Assembly: GCA_964591715.1 (NCBI GenBank)
Contig: CAZQDR010000004.1
Coordinates: 375 to 64,374, forward strand
Reading direction: 5' to 3'
Origin: an uncultured Candidatus Saccharibacteria bacterium
GTDB lineage: Bacteria; Patescibacteriota; Minisyncoccia; Phycocordibacterales; JACOZG01
DNA length: 64,000 bases
Notes under the pieces: generated by a model
What the model saw: the letters and a program-made list of their open reading frames with translations, nothing else
The model's database searches: none
What the model was told of the DNA's origin: nothing
Made by a program: the position numbers and the translations under genes
Shown: positions 19,761-28,760 of the stretch, piece after piece
How positions within the stretch are numbered: the first letter of the stretch is position 1
Layout of the letters: each line of letters starts with the position of its first letter

Positions 19761-21079
19761 GAGAAGACAAAAAGAAAGTAATCATTGTTGGTGCCGGCTT
19801 CGGCGGTCTTGAGTTGGCGCTTGATCTGGCCCGCCAACGTCCCAAGAATCTCGAAATAATTTTAGTTAGCAGCAAGCCTCACTTTGAGTATTATCCGGCT
19901 TTGTACCGGGTAGTCGCTGGTCACTCTGCCTTGGAGACCTGTATTCCACTGGAGGAAATCTTTAAAGGTTTGCCGGTGACCTTGGTGGAAGATACAATCA
20001 ACGCGGTAGATCTGCAGGCTAAAATCCTGCAGGGAAAAAACGGCTATAAAAATAATTTTGATTATTTGGTATTAGCGCTGGGCAGTGAATCAGCTTATTT
20101 TAATATCCCTGGTCTAGCTGATCTGTCCTTCGGCCTTAAATCAACCTATGAGGCGCTGCAGCTGCGCAAGCACGTCGAGGCGATTGTGGCGATGTGTGCC
20201 AGTACCGAGCCAGCTAATCGCGCGATTTTGGGTCAGATTATTATTGTCGGCGGCGGTCCGGCGGGTGTGGAACTGGCTGGTGAGTTGGCCGTATACACGA
20301 GTCGTTTAAGTGCCGCTTATAAGCTCGACACCAATCCGATTACGATTGATCTCTTAGAGGCCGCGCCGCGCTTGGTAGCGATGCTCACCCCGGCTGTCTC
20401 GGAGCGAGTGCGTTTGCGTTTGCACCAGCTCGGCGTTAACATCTTTTTGAATCGCGCCTTATTGAAAGAGGAACTGGATGAGGTTTATTTAAAAGACATG
20501 CAAATGAAAGCGAAGACGGTGGTTTGGACGGCAGGCGTAAAGCCGAATAGCTTCTTCCAAAAAATTTCCGGTCTCACTTTTGATAAGCGGGGGCGAGTAG
20601 TTGTTAACGAGCGCTTACAGCCGCCAGGCTTTACCAATGTCTTTGTGATTGGTGACGGCGCGGCCACCCAATATTCCGGTCTGGCGCAAACGGCCATCGA
20701 TAACGCTAAGTTTGTGGCGCGCCTACTAACTCGCGGTGGCCGCGCCACGCCAATGTATGTCCCGAAGAAGCCCTCAACGGCTATTCCGGTTGGTCCGGGT
20801 TGGGCGGTCACGATTTGGGGCGGCCACACCTATTTTGGCCGCGTTGGTTGGTGGTTGCGCCGCGCGGCTGATCTGCGCTACTTTATGTCGATTTTACCGC
20901 TAGGCAAGGCAATTAAAGCCTACAAGTATGGCTCGACGATTACCAAGTTTTGCCCCATTTGCGTGCCTCCGAAGGAGTCAGCCACAGTAGCTCCCGGTCC
21001 CGTCGCCACCAAGTCAACTGACGCTTCGCATACTGAAGTACCGCCAGCTCCAACTGCACCGCCAGCTCCCGCGCCGTAA
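19757..21079 (+). CDS. ndh: Type II NADH dehydrogenase-like FAD oxidoreductase
   Basis: VIIVGAGFGG, IIVGGGPAGVELAGE, VVWTAGV and VFVIGD motifs. Confidence 0.85.
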   Translation: MREDKKKVIIVGAGFGGLELALDLARQRPKNLEIILVSSKPHFEYYPALYRVVAGHSALETCIPLEEIFKGLPVTLVEDTINAVDLQAKILQGKNGYKNNFDYLVLALGSESAYFNIPGLADLSFGLKSTYEALQLRKHVEAIVAMCASTEPANRAILGQIIIVGGGPAGVELAGELAVYTSRLSAAYKLDTNPITIDLLEAAPRLVAMLTPAVSERVRLRLHQLGVNIFLNRALLKEELDEVYLKDMQMKAKTVVWTAGVKPNSFFQKISGLTFDKRGRVVVNERLQPPGFTNVFVIGDGAATQYSGLAQTAIDNAKFVARLLTRGGRATPMYVPKKPSTAIPVGPGWAVTIWGGHTYFGRVGWWLRRAADLRYFMSILPLGKAIKAYKYGSTITKFCPICVPPKESATVAPGPVATKSTDASHTEVPPAPTAPPAPAP

Positions 21080-21824
21080 TTTTGCCTTGCAAATAAAGCG
21101 CCGCATATTTATACTCTAGCCCCAACGCTTCTAGACGCCGCCAGGACAGACCCTGACGGTTTAATTTTTTAGTTTCCTTAACTAGTCCCTGCTTTAATTG
21201 CTGGCGTGTACGCTTAATAATCTTCTGGCGCAGGACTTCTGGATCATGACCAAGGCCAATTTTAATAAATTGATAAGGCGGGGGATTAGTTACCACTTGG
21301 GGAACGTGGCCGAGAGCCGTGGCAATTTCAATCGCGCGGATTAAGCGTCGGGGATTATTTTGATCAATTTTTTTGGCTCGCTCGGGGTCAAGTTTTTTTA
21401 AAATTTCCAATAGTTCCGGCGCGCTTTTTTGGTTGAGCTCAGTCCGCAGTTTATTATTTGGCGGCACGGCGGGTAAGGCCACCCCAGTGACCACAGCGTC
21501 AACATAAAATCCGGTGCCGCCAACCATAATCGGCAGCTTGCCGCGTTTTAAAATTTCTTTAATTTTTTGGAGGGCCAGTTTTTGGTAGCGACTAACCGAG
21601 AATTGCCGCTTGGGGTCGGCGACATCTAAAAGGTGGTGAGGAATTCCGGCCATCTCCTTTTTCGTTACTTTGCCGGAGCCGATATCCAGGCCGCGATAAA
21701 CCTGCCGTGAGTCGGCCGAAATTATTTCGCCACCCAGCTTTTTAGCCAGCTTAACCGCGAGGGCAGATTTACCGCTGGCGGTCGGTCCGACGATGACTAA
21801 GACTTTGGGTTTATTTTCCACCAC
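20940..21824 (-). CDS. miaA: tRNA dimethylallyltransferase
   Basis: GPTASGKS, ISADSRQVY, VGGTGFY and YAKRQLTW motifs. Confidence 0.96.
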   Translation of the reverse strand: MVENKPKVLVIVGPTASGKSALAVKLAKKLGGEIISADSRQVYRGLDIGSGKVTKKEMAGIPHHLLDVADPKRQFSVSRYQKLALQKIKEILKRGKLPIMVGGTGFYVDAVVTGVALPAVPPNNKLRTELNQKSAPELLEILKKLDPERAKKIDQNNPRRLIRAIEIATALGHVPQVVTNPPPYQFIKIGLGHDPEVLRQKIIKRTRQQLKQGLVKETKKLNRQGLSWRRLEALGLEYKYAALYLQGKITARELAVQLELAVLQYAKRQLTWWRRDRELLWLTPSEARKWGKTW

Positions 21825-21909
21825 CTTAACTTAGCTTATTTTAAGAAAAAGAAAAAGCCCACCGTTTATGGCAGTGGGCGATAGTAAGACACTGTTTGGG
21901 GATGACAAC

Positions 21910-22134
21910 CTAGGAAAGTTTCTTAAGTTTCCTGAGTTGTTTCCTCCGTTGGAGGCGATAGTCTTTAATGATCTTTTCTACTGTATCGCCAGTTTTCGCA
22001 TCCAGGGTTATGCCGTGGAATCCGGTCCTGACAAATTCGTAGCCCTGTTTTTCGATCAGGGCCATCATTCCCTCAGCAACTTCCCGAATATTTTTTGCGA
22101 TTTCGGTTTGGTCTGATCGAGCACTAACATTCAT
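21910..22134 (-). CDS. Hypothetical protein
   Basis: AGGAG RBS; second gene of a two-gene cassette; hairpin plus U-tract at ~21850-21880. Confidence 0.6.
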   Translation of the reverse strand: MNVSARSDQTEIAKNIREVAEGMMALIEKQGYEFVRTGFHGITLDAKTGDTVEKIIKDYRLQRRKQLRKLKKLS

Positions 22135-22160
22135 CGCTTTTGCTCCTACGACCAGGTGGC

Positions 22161-22787
22161 CTACGAATTCAAGTCAATACACTCGACCGGAGCAATCCCA
22201 AGGCTCGCTGGGTCAGCGTCATGCCCATCCTCAACAATTACCCAGCTTTTTCCACGCCATTTTATGAGGCGACCGACAGTAGGGTCTTCTTCAGACAACT
22301 CATCCGTTATTGGCAATACACCTTCTTTTCGGTCCCCATCGCTGATCCTATCAGGAAAGTAATAAAAAATTTGATAGGGGATGTCGAATTTCTCCAGGGC
22401 TCCAAACGTGATGAGCAGATCTTTGCCGCTACTTTCTCTTGCGCCATACTCACCGGCAGATTGGGACCCGGTGTGTTGAAGGATCGACCAAGGTATTGGC
22501 CCGCGCACCTCAGTCTCAGAGAAACATTCGGAAAAAGCGGCAATGATTCTCTGTGTCGATTCATTCTTATTGGCCAGATCGAGAGTGGCGACCACCATCA
22601 TCATCAGGCGATCCTTCTTGCCCAGCTCACAGATTGCGGGCCAGTTCTTGAATTTAGGCCAGCCTTTTTTCTCAAACACGAGCTTTTGCAGGTTGGCGCA
22701 AACACTCTCGAGATGTCTTTTTTCCTCCAGAACGAGTGTCCATAGGGAGATCCACAGCTTCACGATTCGTTCGTAGTCACTACTCAT
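22161..22787 (-). CDS. Hypothetical protein (accessory cassette next to tRNA-Arg)
   Basis: AGGAG RBS and TTGACC-N17-TAGCCT promoter upstream. Confidence 0.65.
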   Translation of the reverse strand: MSSDYERIVKLWISLWTLVLEEKRHLESVCANLQKLVFEKKGWPKFKNWPAICELGKKDRLMMMVVATLDLANKNESTQRIIAAFSECFSETEVRGPIPWSILQHTGSQSAGEYGARESSGKDLLITFGALEKFDIPYQIFYYFPDRISDGDRKEGVLPITDELSEEDPTVGRLIKWRGKSWVIVEDGHDADPASLGIAPVECIDLNS

Positions 22788-22906
22788 GACTAACTCCTAA
22801 ACAGTTGCCAAAGACCAGGCACCCACTGCTTATGGGTGGCGATCTTCAACAAGAAGATCACATTTTTAGGCTACAATACTAAATATAAAAGGTCAAGTTT
22901 AAAGTC

Positions 22907-22981
22907 TGGTGTCCCCGACAGGAATCGAACCTGTATCTCCAGCTTCGGAGGCCGGTGTTCTATCCATTAGACTACGGGGAC
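22907..22981 (-). tRNA. tRNA-Arg(CCG)
   Basis: Anticodon arm CCGGC-CTCCGAA-GCTGG; CCA encoded. Confidence 0.95.
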
Positions 22982-23384
22982 AGGTGTGCCCATCCTAGCA
23001 GAAATTGGGCGAAATAAAAATTAGGCCGCTTTGCGAAGTGAGTCTTCAATCTGGGCAGCCGCGGCCGTGGTTTTGGCTAGTTCTGCCTGCAATTGCTCAA
23101 TGTTCTTTTGAAGAGCTGCCTCGTGATCTTCCAAACTTTTTTGGAGCTTCTCGATTTGGGTCTGGAGAGCGGTGGTTGAAGATTCTATTTTGGCGATCTC
23201 TTGTTGTTTGCGCTCGATTTCTTGTGACTTGGTAGCTAACTCTTTATTTTTGCTTTCCAACTCCTTTTTCTCACCATTAATTTGGCGTTTTAGGCTTTCA
23301 ATACTAGCGGGTGAAATAGGGCTCATGAAATATGGGGGTGGTTAATTTTTATAAAGTTGTAGGTATGCCTATCCTAGCAGAAAT
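22982..23384. repeat. 24-bp direct repeat (22/24 identical) flanking the coiled-coil gene
   Basis: aggtgtgcccatcctagcagaaat (22982-23005) versus aggtatgcctatcctagcagaaat (23361-23384). Confidence 0.85.
23021..23326 (-). CDS. Small coiled-coil protein
   Basis: Heptad-rich E/K/Q/L sequence over 101 aa. Confidence 0.75.
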   Translation of the reverse strand: MSPISPASIESLKRQINGEKKELESKNKELATKSQEIERKQQEIAKIESSTTALQTQIEKLQKSLEDHEAALQKNIEQLQAELAKTTAAAAQIEDSLRKAA

Positions 23385-23412
23385 CTTTGATTTAGGGTAT
23401 ATTAATTGCCAA

Positions 23413-23494
23413 GCCGAAGTGGCGGAATTGGCAGACGCGCACGACTCAAAATCGTGTTCCTTCGGGAGTGTGGGTTCGATTCCCACCTTCGGCA
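23413..23494 (+). tRNA. tRNA-Leu(CAA)
   Basis: Anticodon arm CACGA-CTCAAAA-TCGTG; long variable arm. Confidence 0.95.
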
Positions 23495-23552
23495 CAGATT
23501 GGCTAAGGCCAAGTTCGTTCTTTAATTTAGGGTACCCAAAAAGGAGAATCCG

Positions 23553-23978
23553 ATGGAGATAGATTTGAGCTTTCTGTGGGTTCTCGATGATCTGCGCGCT
23601 AAGTTCATGTGGGGATTACGGGCGGTCATTGGGGACAAAATAACGATAGAGCAGTACCGTATTTTAAACATTATTGCCAAGGAGGGAAGAAATGACCTAA
23701 CCTGTGTCGCTATTCGCAAACAGCTGCCGGGTTTTCCTGATCTTACTCGGACAATCGACTGCTTGGTAAAAAAGGGATTGGTTACTCGTCAACGGTCTGA
23801 TGCTGATCGTCGGATGGTCTTGATTAGCCTGACAGGAGAGGGCCGGGCCATCTTCGAGATGGTTGATCAGAGGATCAAGCAGTTATTCGCTATGGGCTTT
23901 AAGGGAAAGGACCTGGATGACTTAAAAAAACTCGTGACGCTTGCCCGGAAGCTAGTCTATCGCTGCAGACCTCACTAG
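23553..23978 (+). CDS. MarR-family transcriptional regulator
   Basis: ITIEQYRIL, TRTIDCLVKKGLVTRQRSDADRR and LTGEG motifs. Confidence 0.9.
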   Translation: MEIDLSFLWVLDDLRAKFMWGLRAVIGDKITIEQYRILNIIAKEGRNDLTCVAIRKQLPGFPDLTRTIDCLVKKGLVTRQRSDADRRMVLISLTGEGRAIFEMVDQRIKQLFAMGFKGKDLDDLKKLVTLARKLVYRCRPH

Positions 23979-24043
23979 AGGCTGGGCCCGAGACTTATTT
24001 TTCGGGCCTTTCTTTTGTGCTAAATATGTTAGAATGGTTGTAA

Positions 24044-24985
24044 ATGGCAAACGAGCAGTACAGCAATACGATTTTTTGGATTGAAGTGGATCGGATTCGC
24101 CCTAACCCCTTCCAACCCCGGCATGAATTTGACGAGGATAAGCTTCGGGCCTTGGCTGATTCGATTCGTCAGTACGGTGTGCTCCAGCCGCTGGTGGTGA
24201 CTCGGCAAGAAGTTTTTGATGAGGATGGCAACATGCAGGTTGAATATGAGTTGATTGCCGGTGAGCGCCGTTGGCGAGCCTCCAAGTTAGCGGGCATCTT
24301 CCAGGTGCCGGCGATCATTAAGCAAGGCGAGGAGTCAGACAAACTTAAGTTGGAGATGGCGATTATCGAGAACCTCCAGCGCGAAGATTTAAATCCCGTG
24401 GATCGGGCGCGCGCCTTTAGTCAGTTGGTGGCCGAGTTTGGTCTCAAACATGTGGATGTCGCCAAGCGCGTTGGTAAAAGTCGCGAATATGTTTCTAACT
24501 CTCTGCGCATTCTGGCCTTACCGGAGGTGATGATTCAGGCCTTGGTAGAGCGCAAAATTACCGAGGGTCACACTCGACCTCTGTTGATGTTGGGTGAGCG
24601 CCCAGAGCAGCAGATGACCTTCTTCCAAGAAATGCTGACTAAAAAGATGAGCGTGCGTGAGGCCGAATCAATTGCTCGCCGCATTGCTTACGACAAAGTC
24701 CGCAAAAAGGAATATTTTGTGCCGCCCGAGATTGTGGAACTTGAGCACCAGCTCTCCGAGACACTGGGGACGCGGGTTAAGGTGGAGCGTGGTAGCGCCG
24801 GAGGTAAGGTCACGATCGACTTTTTTACCAACGACGACCTCGAGCAGATTTTGCAATTATTGGCCAAGCAAAAAGATGACAGCCCGGATCCTCTGATTGA
24901 GCAGCAAAATTTGGAGACGGAGTCGGCGATTGACGATTCAACCGAGGACGACGAGATCTACAACGTCCAAAACTTTTCCTTATAA
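24044..24985 (+). CDS. parB: ParB/Spo0J partition protein
   Basis: PNPFQPR, GVLQP, LIAGERRWRA and ENLQREDL motifs; HTH. Confidence 0.95.
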   Translation: MANEQYSNTIFWIEVDRIRPNPFQPRHEFDEDKLRALADSIRQYGVLQPLVVTRQEVFDEDGNMQVEYELIAGERRWRASKLAGIFQVPAIIKQGEESDKLKLEMAIIENLQREDLNPVDRARAFSQLVAEFGLKHVDVAKRVGKSREYVSNSLRILALPEVMIQALVERKITEGHTRPLLMLGERPEQQMTFFQEMLTKKMSVREAESIARRIAYDKVRKKEYFVPPEIVELEHQLSETLGTRVKVERGSAGGKVTIDFFTNDDLEQILQLLAKQKDDSPDPLIEQQNLETESAIDDSTEDDEIYNVQNFSL

Positions 24986-24999
24986 AAATCTCGAGCCGC

Positions 25000-27192
25000 T
25001 TACTTTTTAAGCTCGGCTAGTTTGTGTGGATTGTGGTTGGGGCAGAGTTTATTTGAACAGCGTTCGGGGATTGTTTTTGTTCCTTCCATCATCAAAGAGC
25101 TGCACATGGGGCAGATTTTACCAGTCGGTTTAGACTTAACAATATTTTTGCACTTCGGATAATTTGAACAGCCGTAGAAGATACCGTAGCGGCCGCGCTT
25201 TTCCACCATGGTGCCTGTTTTGCACAGCGGACAACTAACGCCCGTATCACCCAAACCACCCTTACCACCACTCTCATCTTTTTTAATATGTTTACACTTT
25301 GGATAGTTGGAGCAGGCAATAAATTTACCGAAGCGGCCTTCGCGCTCCATTAGTTGGTGGCCACACTCGGGACACTTTTCCTCTAAAAGTTTTGGTCCTT
25401 CCAATTCCTTACCATCAATCGTTCGGGCGCCCGTACACTCGGGGAACTTGGCACAACTCAAGAAGCGGCCCGATTTGCCCAGTTTAATAATCATCGGACC
25501 CCCACAAACTGGACATTTAATACCTTTGGGACCATCACCCAAGTTAGTGATTTTAGGAATCTTCTTTTTGGAGGCAATGGCTTTGGTGAAAGGACCGTAA
25601 AATTCGCTTAAAGTTTTTACATATTTTTTGGTCCCGTCCGCAATCTCATCCAGCTCATCTTCCATAATGCGGGTAAAGTCGTCGCTGATATAAGTGGCAA
25701 AGTGCTCCTCGAGAAAGCCCGAAACAACTTCGCCGGTGTCGGTGGGTTTTAAACTGCGGCCCTCTTTCTCAACGTAGCCGCGATCAAGAATCGTTTTAAT
25801 AGTGGGGGCGTAAGTTGAAGGTCGGCCAATGCCGCGCTTCTCGAGCTCTTTAACCAAACCAGCTTCCGAGTAGCGCGGTGGCGGCTGCGTTTCCTTGCCG
25901 GTCGAGGTAATCTCCTTCAACTCCAACGGATCGCCAGTCGAGACTTTTGGTAAAACATTTTCCTCGCCGCGGGCGGCCGGGTCAGCTTTGAGCCAACCGT
26001 CAAAAAGCACAACCGAACCATTGGCATGGAAGTCGGGGATATCCTTATTAGCCGCCGCAATAATCTTTGTCTTAAGCAGTCGGGCATCAGCCATTTGGCT
26101 GGAGACCGTGCGCGCCCAGATTAATTGATAGAGCTTTTGCTCCTGCGGCGTTTGGCCAGCCGAGAGTACATCGGCATGGGTCGGTCGAATAGCCTCGTGC
26201 GCCTCCTGAGCGTTCTTGGATTTAGTTGCAAAGACTTGGCGGTGATGATAATTAGCGCCGAATTTTTTGGCTACCACTTGCTCAATTTCTCCCAGCGCCA
26301 TCGTGCTGAGATTTAAACTATCGGTACGCATATAGGTAATATGACCGGACTCGTACAATTTTTGGGCCAAGCGCATTGTTACCGAGGGTGAGTAACCCAG
26401 GCGGGAGGAGGCGTATTGTTGCAGGGTGGAAGTGGTAAAGGGAGGGCGAGCACGACGATTCATCTCACTTTGTTTAATGTCGGCAACTTGCCACTCACTA
26501 ACTTTGGCCTCACGGACAATCTTGTCGGCTTCCGCTTCGGTCTTTGGCTCAATCGCGCAATTAAAGGGGATTTCGGTGCCACTAGCGGTTTTGAAGCTGG
26601 CCTCAATGACCCAGTATTGCTCAGGGATAAAGGCGCGGATTTCCCGTTCGCGCTCGACTAAAATGCGCAACGCTGGCGACTGAACACGGCCCGCCGAGAG
26701 ACCATAGCGAAGCTTTTGCCAAATTAAACCCGAGAGATCATAACCGAAGAGGCGATCCAGCACGCGCCGCGCCTCTTGCGCCGTCTTTAAGTTGTCGTCG
26801 ATGGACCGCGGATGCTTCATTGCCTCTTGTACAGCGTGCTTGGTGATCTCGTGGAAGACAATTCGCTTGGGGTGCTTTAAACCGATGGCCTCTTTTAAAT
26901 GCCAAGCAATCGCCTCACCTTCGCGGTCGGGGTCAGTCGCGAGTAAGACCTCACTCGCTTTTTTAGCAAGGGCTTTTAAATCACTCACCACCTTTTCTTT
27001 ACCCTTTGAGATTTCGTAATGCGGCACAAAGCCTGCCTTAATATCAATGGCATTTTTGTTGGACTTGGGTAAGTCGCGGATGTGACCGACGCTCGCGCGG
27101 ACGGTGTACTCATTGTCGAGGTATTTGGAAATCGTTTTCGCTTTGGCCGGTGACTCAACAATCAATAACTTTTTTCCGGTTGCGTTACTCAT
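25000..27192 (-). CDS. topA: DNA topoisomerase I with C-terminal zinc ribbons
   Basis: IVESPAKAKTI, ATDPDREGE, SAGRVQS and ITYMRTDS motifs; CxxC repeats. Confidence 0.97.
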   Translation of the reverse strand: MSNATGKKLLIVESPAKAKTISKYLDNEYTVRASVGHIRDLPKSNKNAIDIKAGFVPHYEISKGKEKVVSDLKALAKKASEVLLATDPDREGEAIAWHLKEAIGLKHPKRIVFHEITKHAVQEAMKHPRSIDDNLKTAQEARRVLDRLFGYDLSGLIWQKLRYGLSAGRVQSPALRILVEREREIRAFIPEQYWVIEASFKTASGTEIPFNCAIEPKTEAEADKIVREAKVSEWQVADIKQSEMNRRARPPFTTSTLQQYASSRLGYSPSVTMRLAQKLYESGHITYMRTDSLNLSTMALGEIEQVVAKKFGANYHHRQVFATKSKNAQEAHEAIRPTHADVLSAGQTPQEQKLYQLIWARTVSSQMADARLLKTKIIAAANKDIPDFHANGSVVLFDGWLKADPAARGEENVLPKVSTGDPLELKEITSTGKETQPPPRYSEAGLVKELEKRGIGRPSTYAPTIKTILDRGYVEKEGRSLKPTDTGEVVSGFLEEHFATYISDDFTRIMEDELDEIADGTKKYVKTLSEFYGPFTKAIASKKKIPKITNLGDGPKGIKCPVCGGPMIIKLGKSGRFLSCAKFPECTGARTIDGKELEGPKLLEEKCPECGHQLMEREGRFGKFIACSNYPKCKHIKKDESGGKGGLGDTGVSCPLCKTGTMVEKRGRYGIFYGCSNYPKCKNIVKSKPTGKICPMCSSLMMEGTKTIPERCSNKLCPNHNPHKLAELKK

Positions 27193-27310
27193 TGCCGTAC
27201 ATTAGTACTATGGATTGATTTTTTTTGCAAACACAGCACCAAAAATTTTTAATTTTAAAAAGAAAAAAGCCCCGCGGGTGGCGGAGCGTTGGGGTGTGTG
27301 AGGGCTTGAA

Positions 27311-27502
27311 TTAAATACGCCAAACCAACTGCTGAGGTTCGAAGAAGCAAAGTTCACCAGTTGAGCGGCGGGCATTGACGGTGGCGCCTCGATCTTGCCG
27401 TTCCTCTTTCAGCTTGGAATATCGGGTGGAGTTTTTTGCTTCCCCCGACCTAAAGCCTTCACCTGGATCTAAGTGCTTAAAATAGACCCTGACTTTTTTC
27501 AT
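27311..27502 (-). CDS. Small hypothetical protein
   Basis: GGAGGAG RBS before MKKVRVYF; overlaps the end of the upstream ORF. Confidence 0.55.
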   Translation of the reverse strand: MKKVRVYFKHLDPGEGFRSGEAKNSTRYSKLKEERQDRGATVNARRSTGELCFFEPQQLVWRI

Positions 27503-27809
27503 TGTTTTCTCCTCCAGCTTTGGGCCAGTTATCACACTTCGGAAGTAGCCAGTTTACATGTTCAGTAATTATGTGATACCAAAACCATTGGCCACAATGT
27601 GGACAGTGGATGGTAACGGCACCGATCTTGTTGCTGGTGTATAGGGGTTGCTTATTTGCGGGCAGGTCACGATTGGCGGTGTAGCCTACGCAGTAGCGGG
27701 CGTGTTCGGGTTCATTTCGGCCACACCGGCATTGCCAGTCTGAGGCGTAATAAGCCCCCTTAATACCTTGTCCCCAAGACACCAGTCTCGCGGCTTCTTC
27801 GTCGGTCAT
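27477..27809 (-). CDS. Hypothetical Cys-rich (zinc-binding) protein
   Basis: AAGGAGGG RBS; CRC and CPHC motifs. Confidence 0.65.
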   Translation of the reverse strand: MTDEEAARLVSWGQGIKGAYYASDWQCRCGRNEPEHARYCVGYTANRDLPANKQPLYTSNKIGAVTIHCPHCGQWFWYHIITEHVNWLLPKCDNWPKAGGENNEKSQGLF

Positions 27810-27840
27810 GACAAGTCCCTCCTTTCTGCTCTAATTTCTA

Positions 27841-28704
27841 TCACACCAGCCGGATCTCGCCTAGAGTCTCTTTAATGATGCCTTTTATCTCCATAATTCC
27901 GAGCAGGGAATTGGCTTCGCTGATTGGTAGGCCAAGCTCGCGGAGCAAATCATCGCGGGTTAACGGTTCGATTTGCAAAATCTCTACTACCTTTCTTTCT
28001 GGCTCGGTTAGGTCGGCTAGATTTAATTTTAGCTGATCAGTGTCGCGCCGTTCAAAGCCGAGAGCTTCTAAAATATCATCGCCGCTCGTGACGGGCGTAG
28101 CGCCTTGGCGGATTAAACGATTGGTGCCAAGGGAGCCACAGGAGAAGATCGAACCAGGAACAGCCAAGACGTCGCGATTGTAATCGGTTGCCATTCGGGC
28201 GGTAATCAAGGTGCCCGACTTCTCTCCCGCTTCTATTATAAGAATCGCTTTGGCGAGGCCGGCCATTAACCGGTTGCGGCGAGGGAAGGTGTGGACCCCC
28301 GCTGGATACTCGGGCTCAAACTCGGAGACAAGGGCGCCGCCGGCCGCGACGATTTCGTCCGCGAGCCGGCGGTTGGAGTGCGGATGCAGGACCTTGCGGT
28401 TTAGTCCGGAGCCGGGGAAGGCGATGGTCTTAAGACGATTTTGAATCGCCGCTTTGTGGGCGATAGTATCAATACCCAGGGCGAGACCCGAGACAATTAC
28501 AATGGGCTGGCCCGCCAGCTCGGCAATTAACTTCTCGCAGACCTCGCGGCCATAATTGGAGTACTTGCGCGAACCTACCACTGTTAAATAGACAAATTCC
28601 GGTTCCGGCAAGCTGCCTTCAAGATAAAGTTCGGCGGGCGGTTGGGGGATTTCGAGCAACGGGGCGGGGATTTTGTCGCCGGTTAGTTTGACCAACGGGC
28701 TCAT
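27841..28704 (-). CDS. dprA: DNA-protecting protein DprA
   Basis: VVGSR, VSGLALGIDT, FPRRNR and SGTLITA motifs; C-terminal winged helix. Confidence 0.95.
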   Translation of the reverse strand: MSPLVKLTGDKIPAPLLEIPQPPAELYLEGSLPEPEFVYLTVVGSRKYSNYGREVCEKLIAELAGQPIVIVSGLALGIDTIAHKAAIQNRLKTIAFPGSGLNRKVLHPHSNRRLADEIVAAGGALVSEFEPEYPAGVHTFPRRNRLMAGLAKAILIIEAGEKSGTLITARMATDYNRDVLAVPGSIFSCGSLGTNRLIRQGATPVTSGDDILEALGFERRDTDQLKLNLADLTEPERKVVEILQIEPLTRDDLLRELGLPISEANSLLGIMEIKGIIKETLGEIRLV

Positions 28705-28760
28705 CCTTACAGTTTAACATTTCCTTTTTCTTTTGGCCAAAACTCTGCTATTGTAGTGGC

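Noticed and set aside
22140-22745. 201-aa plus-strand ORF
   Set aside because: Antisense shadow of 22161-22787, which has the promoter and SD
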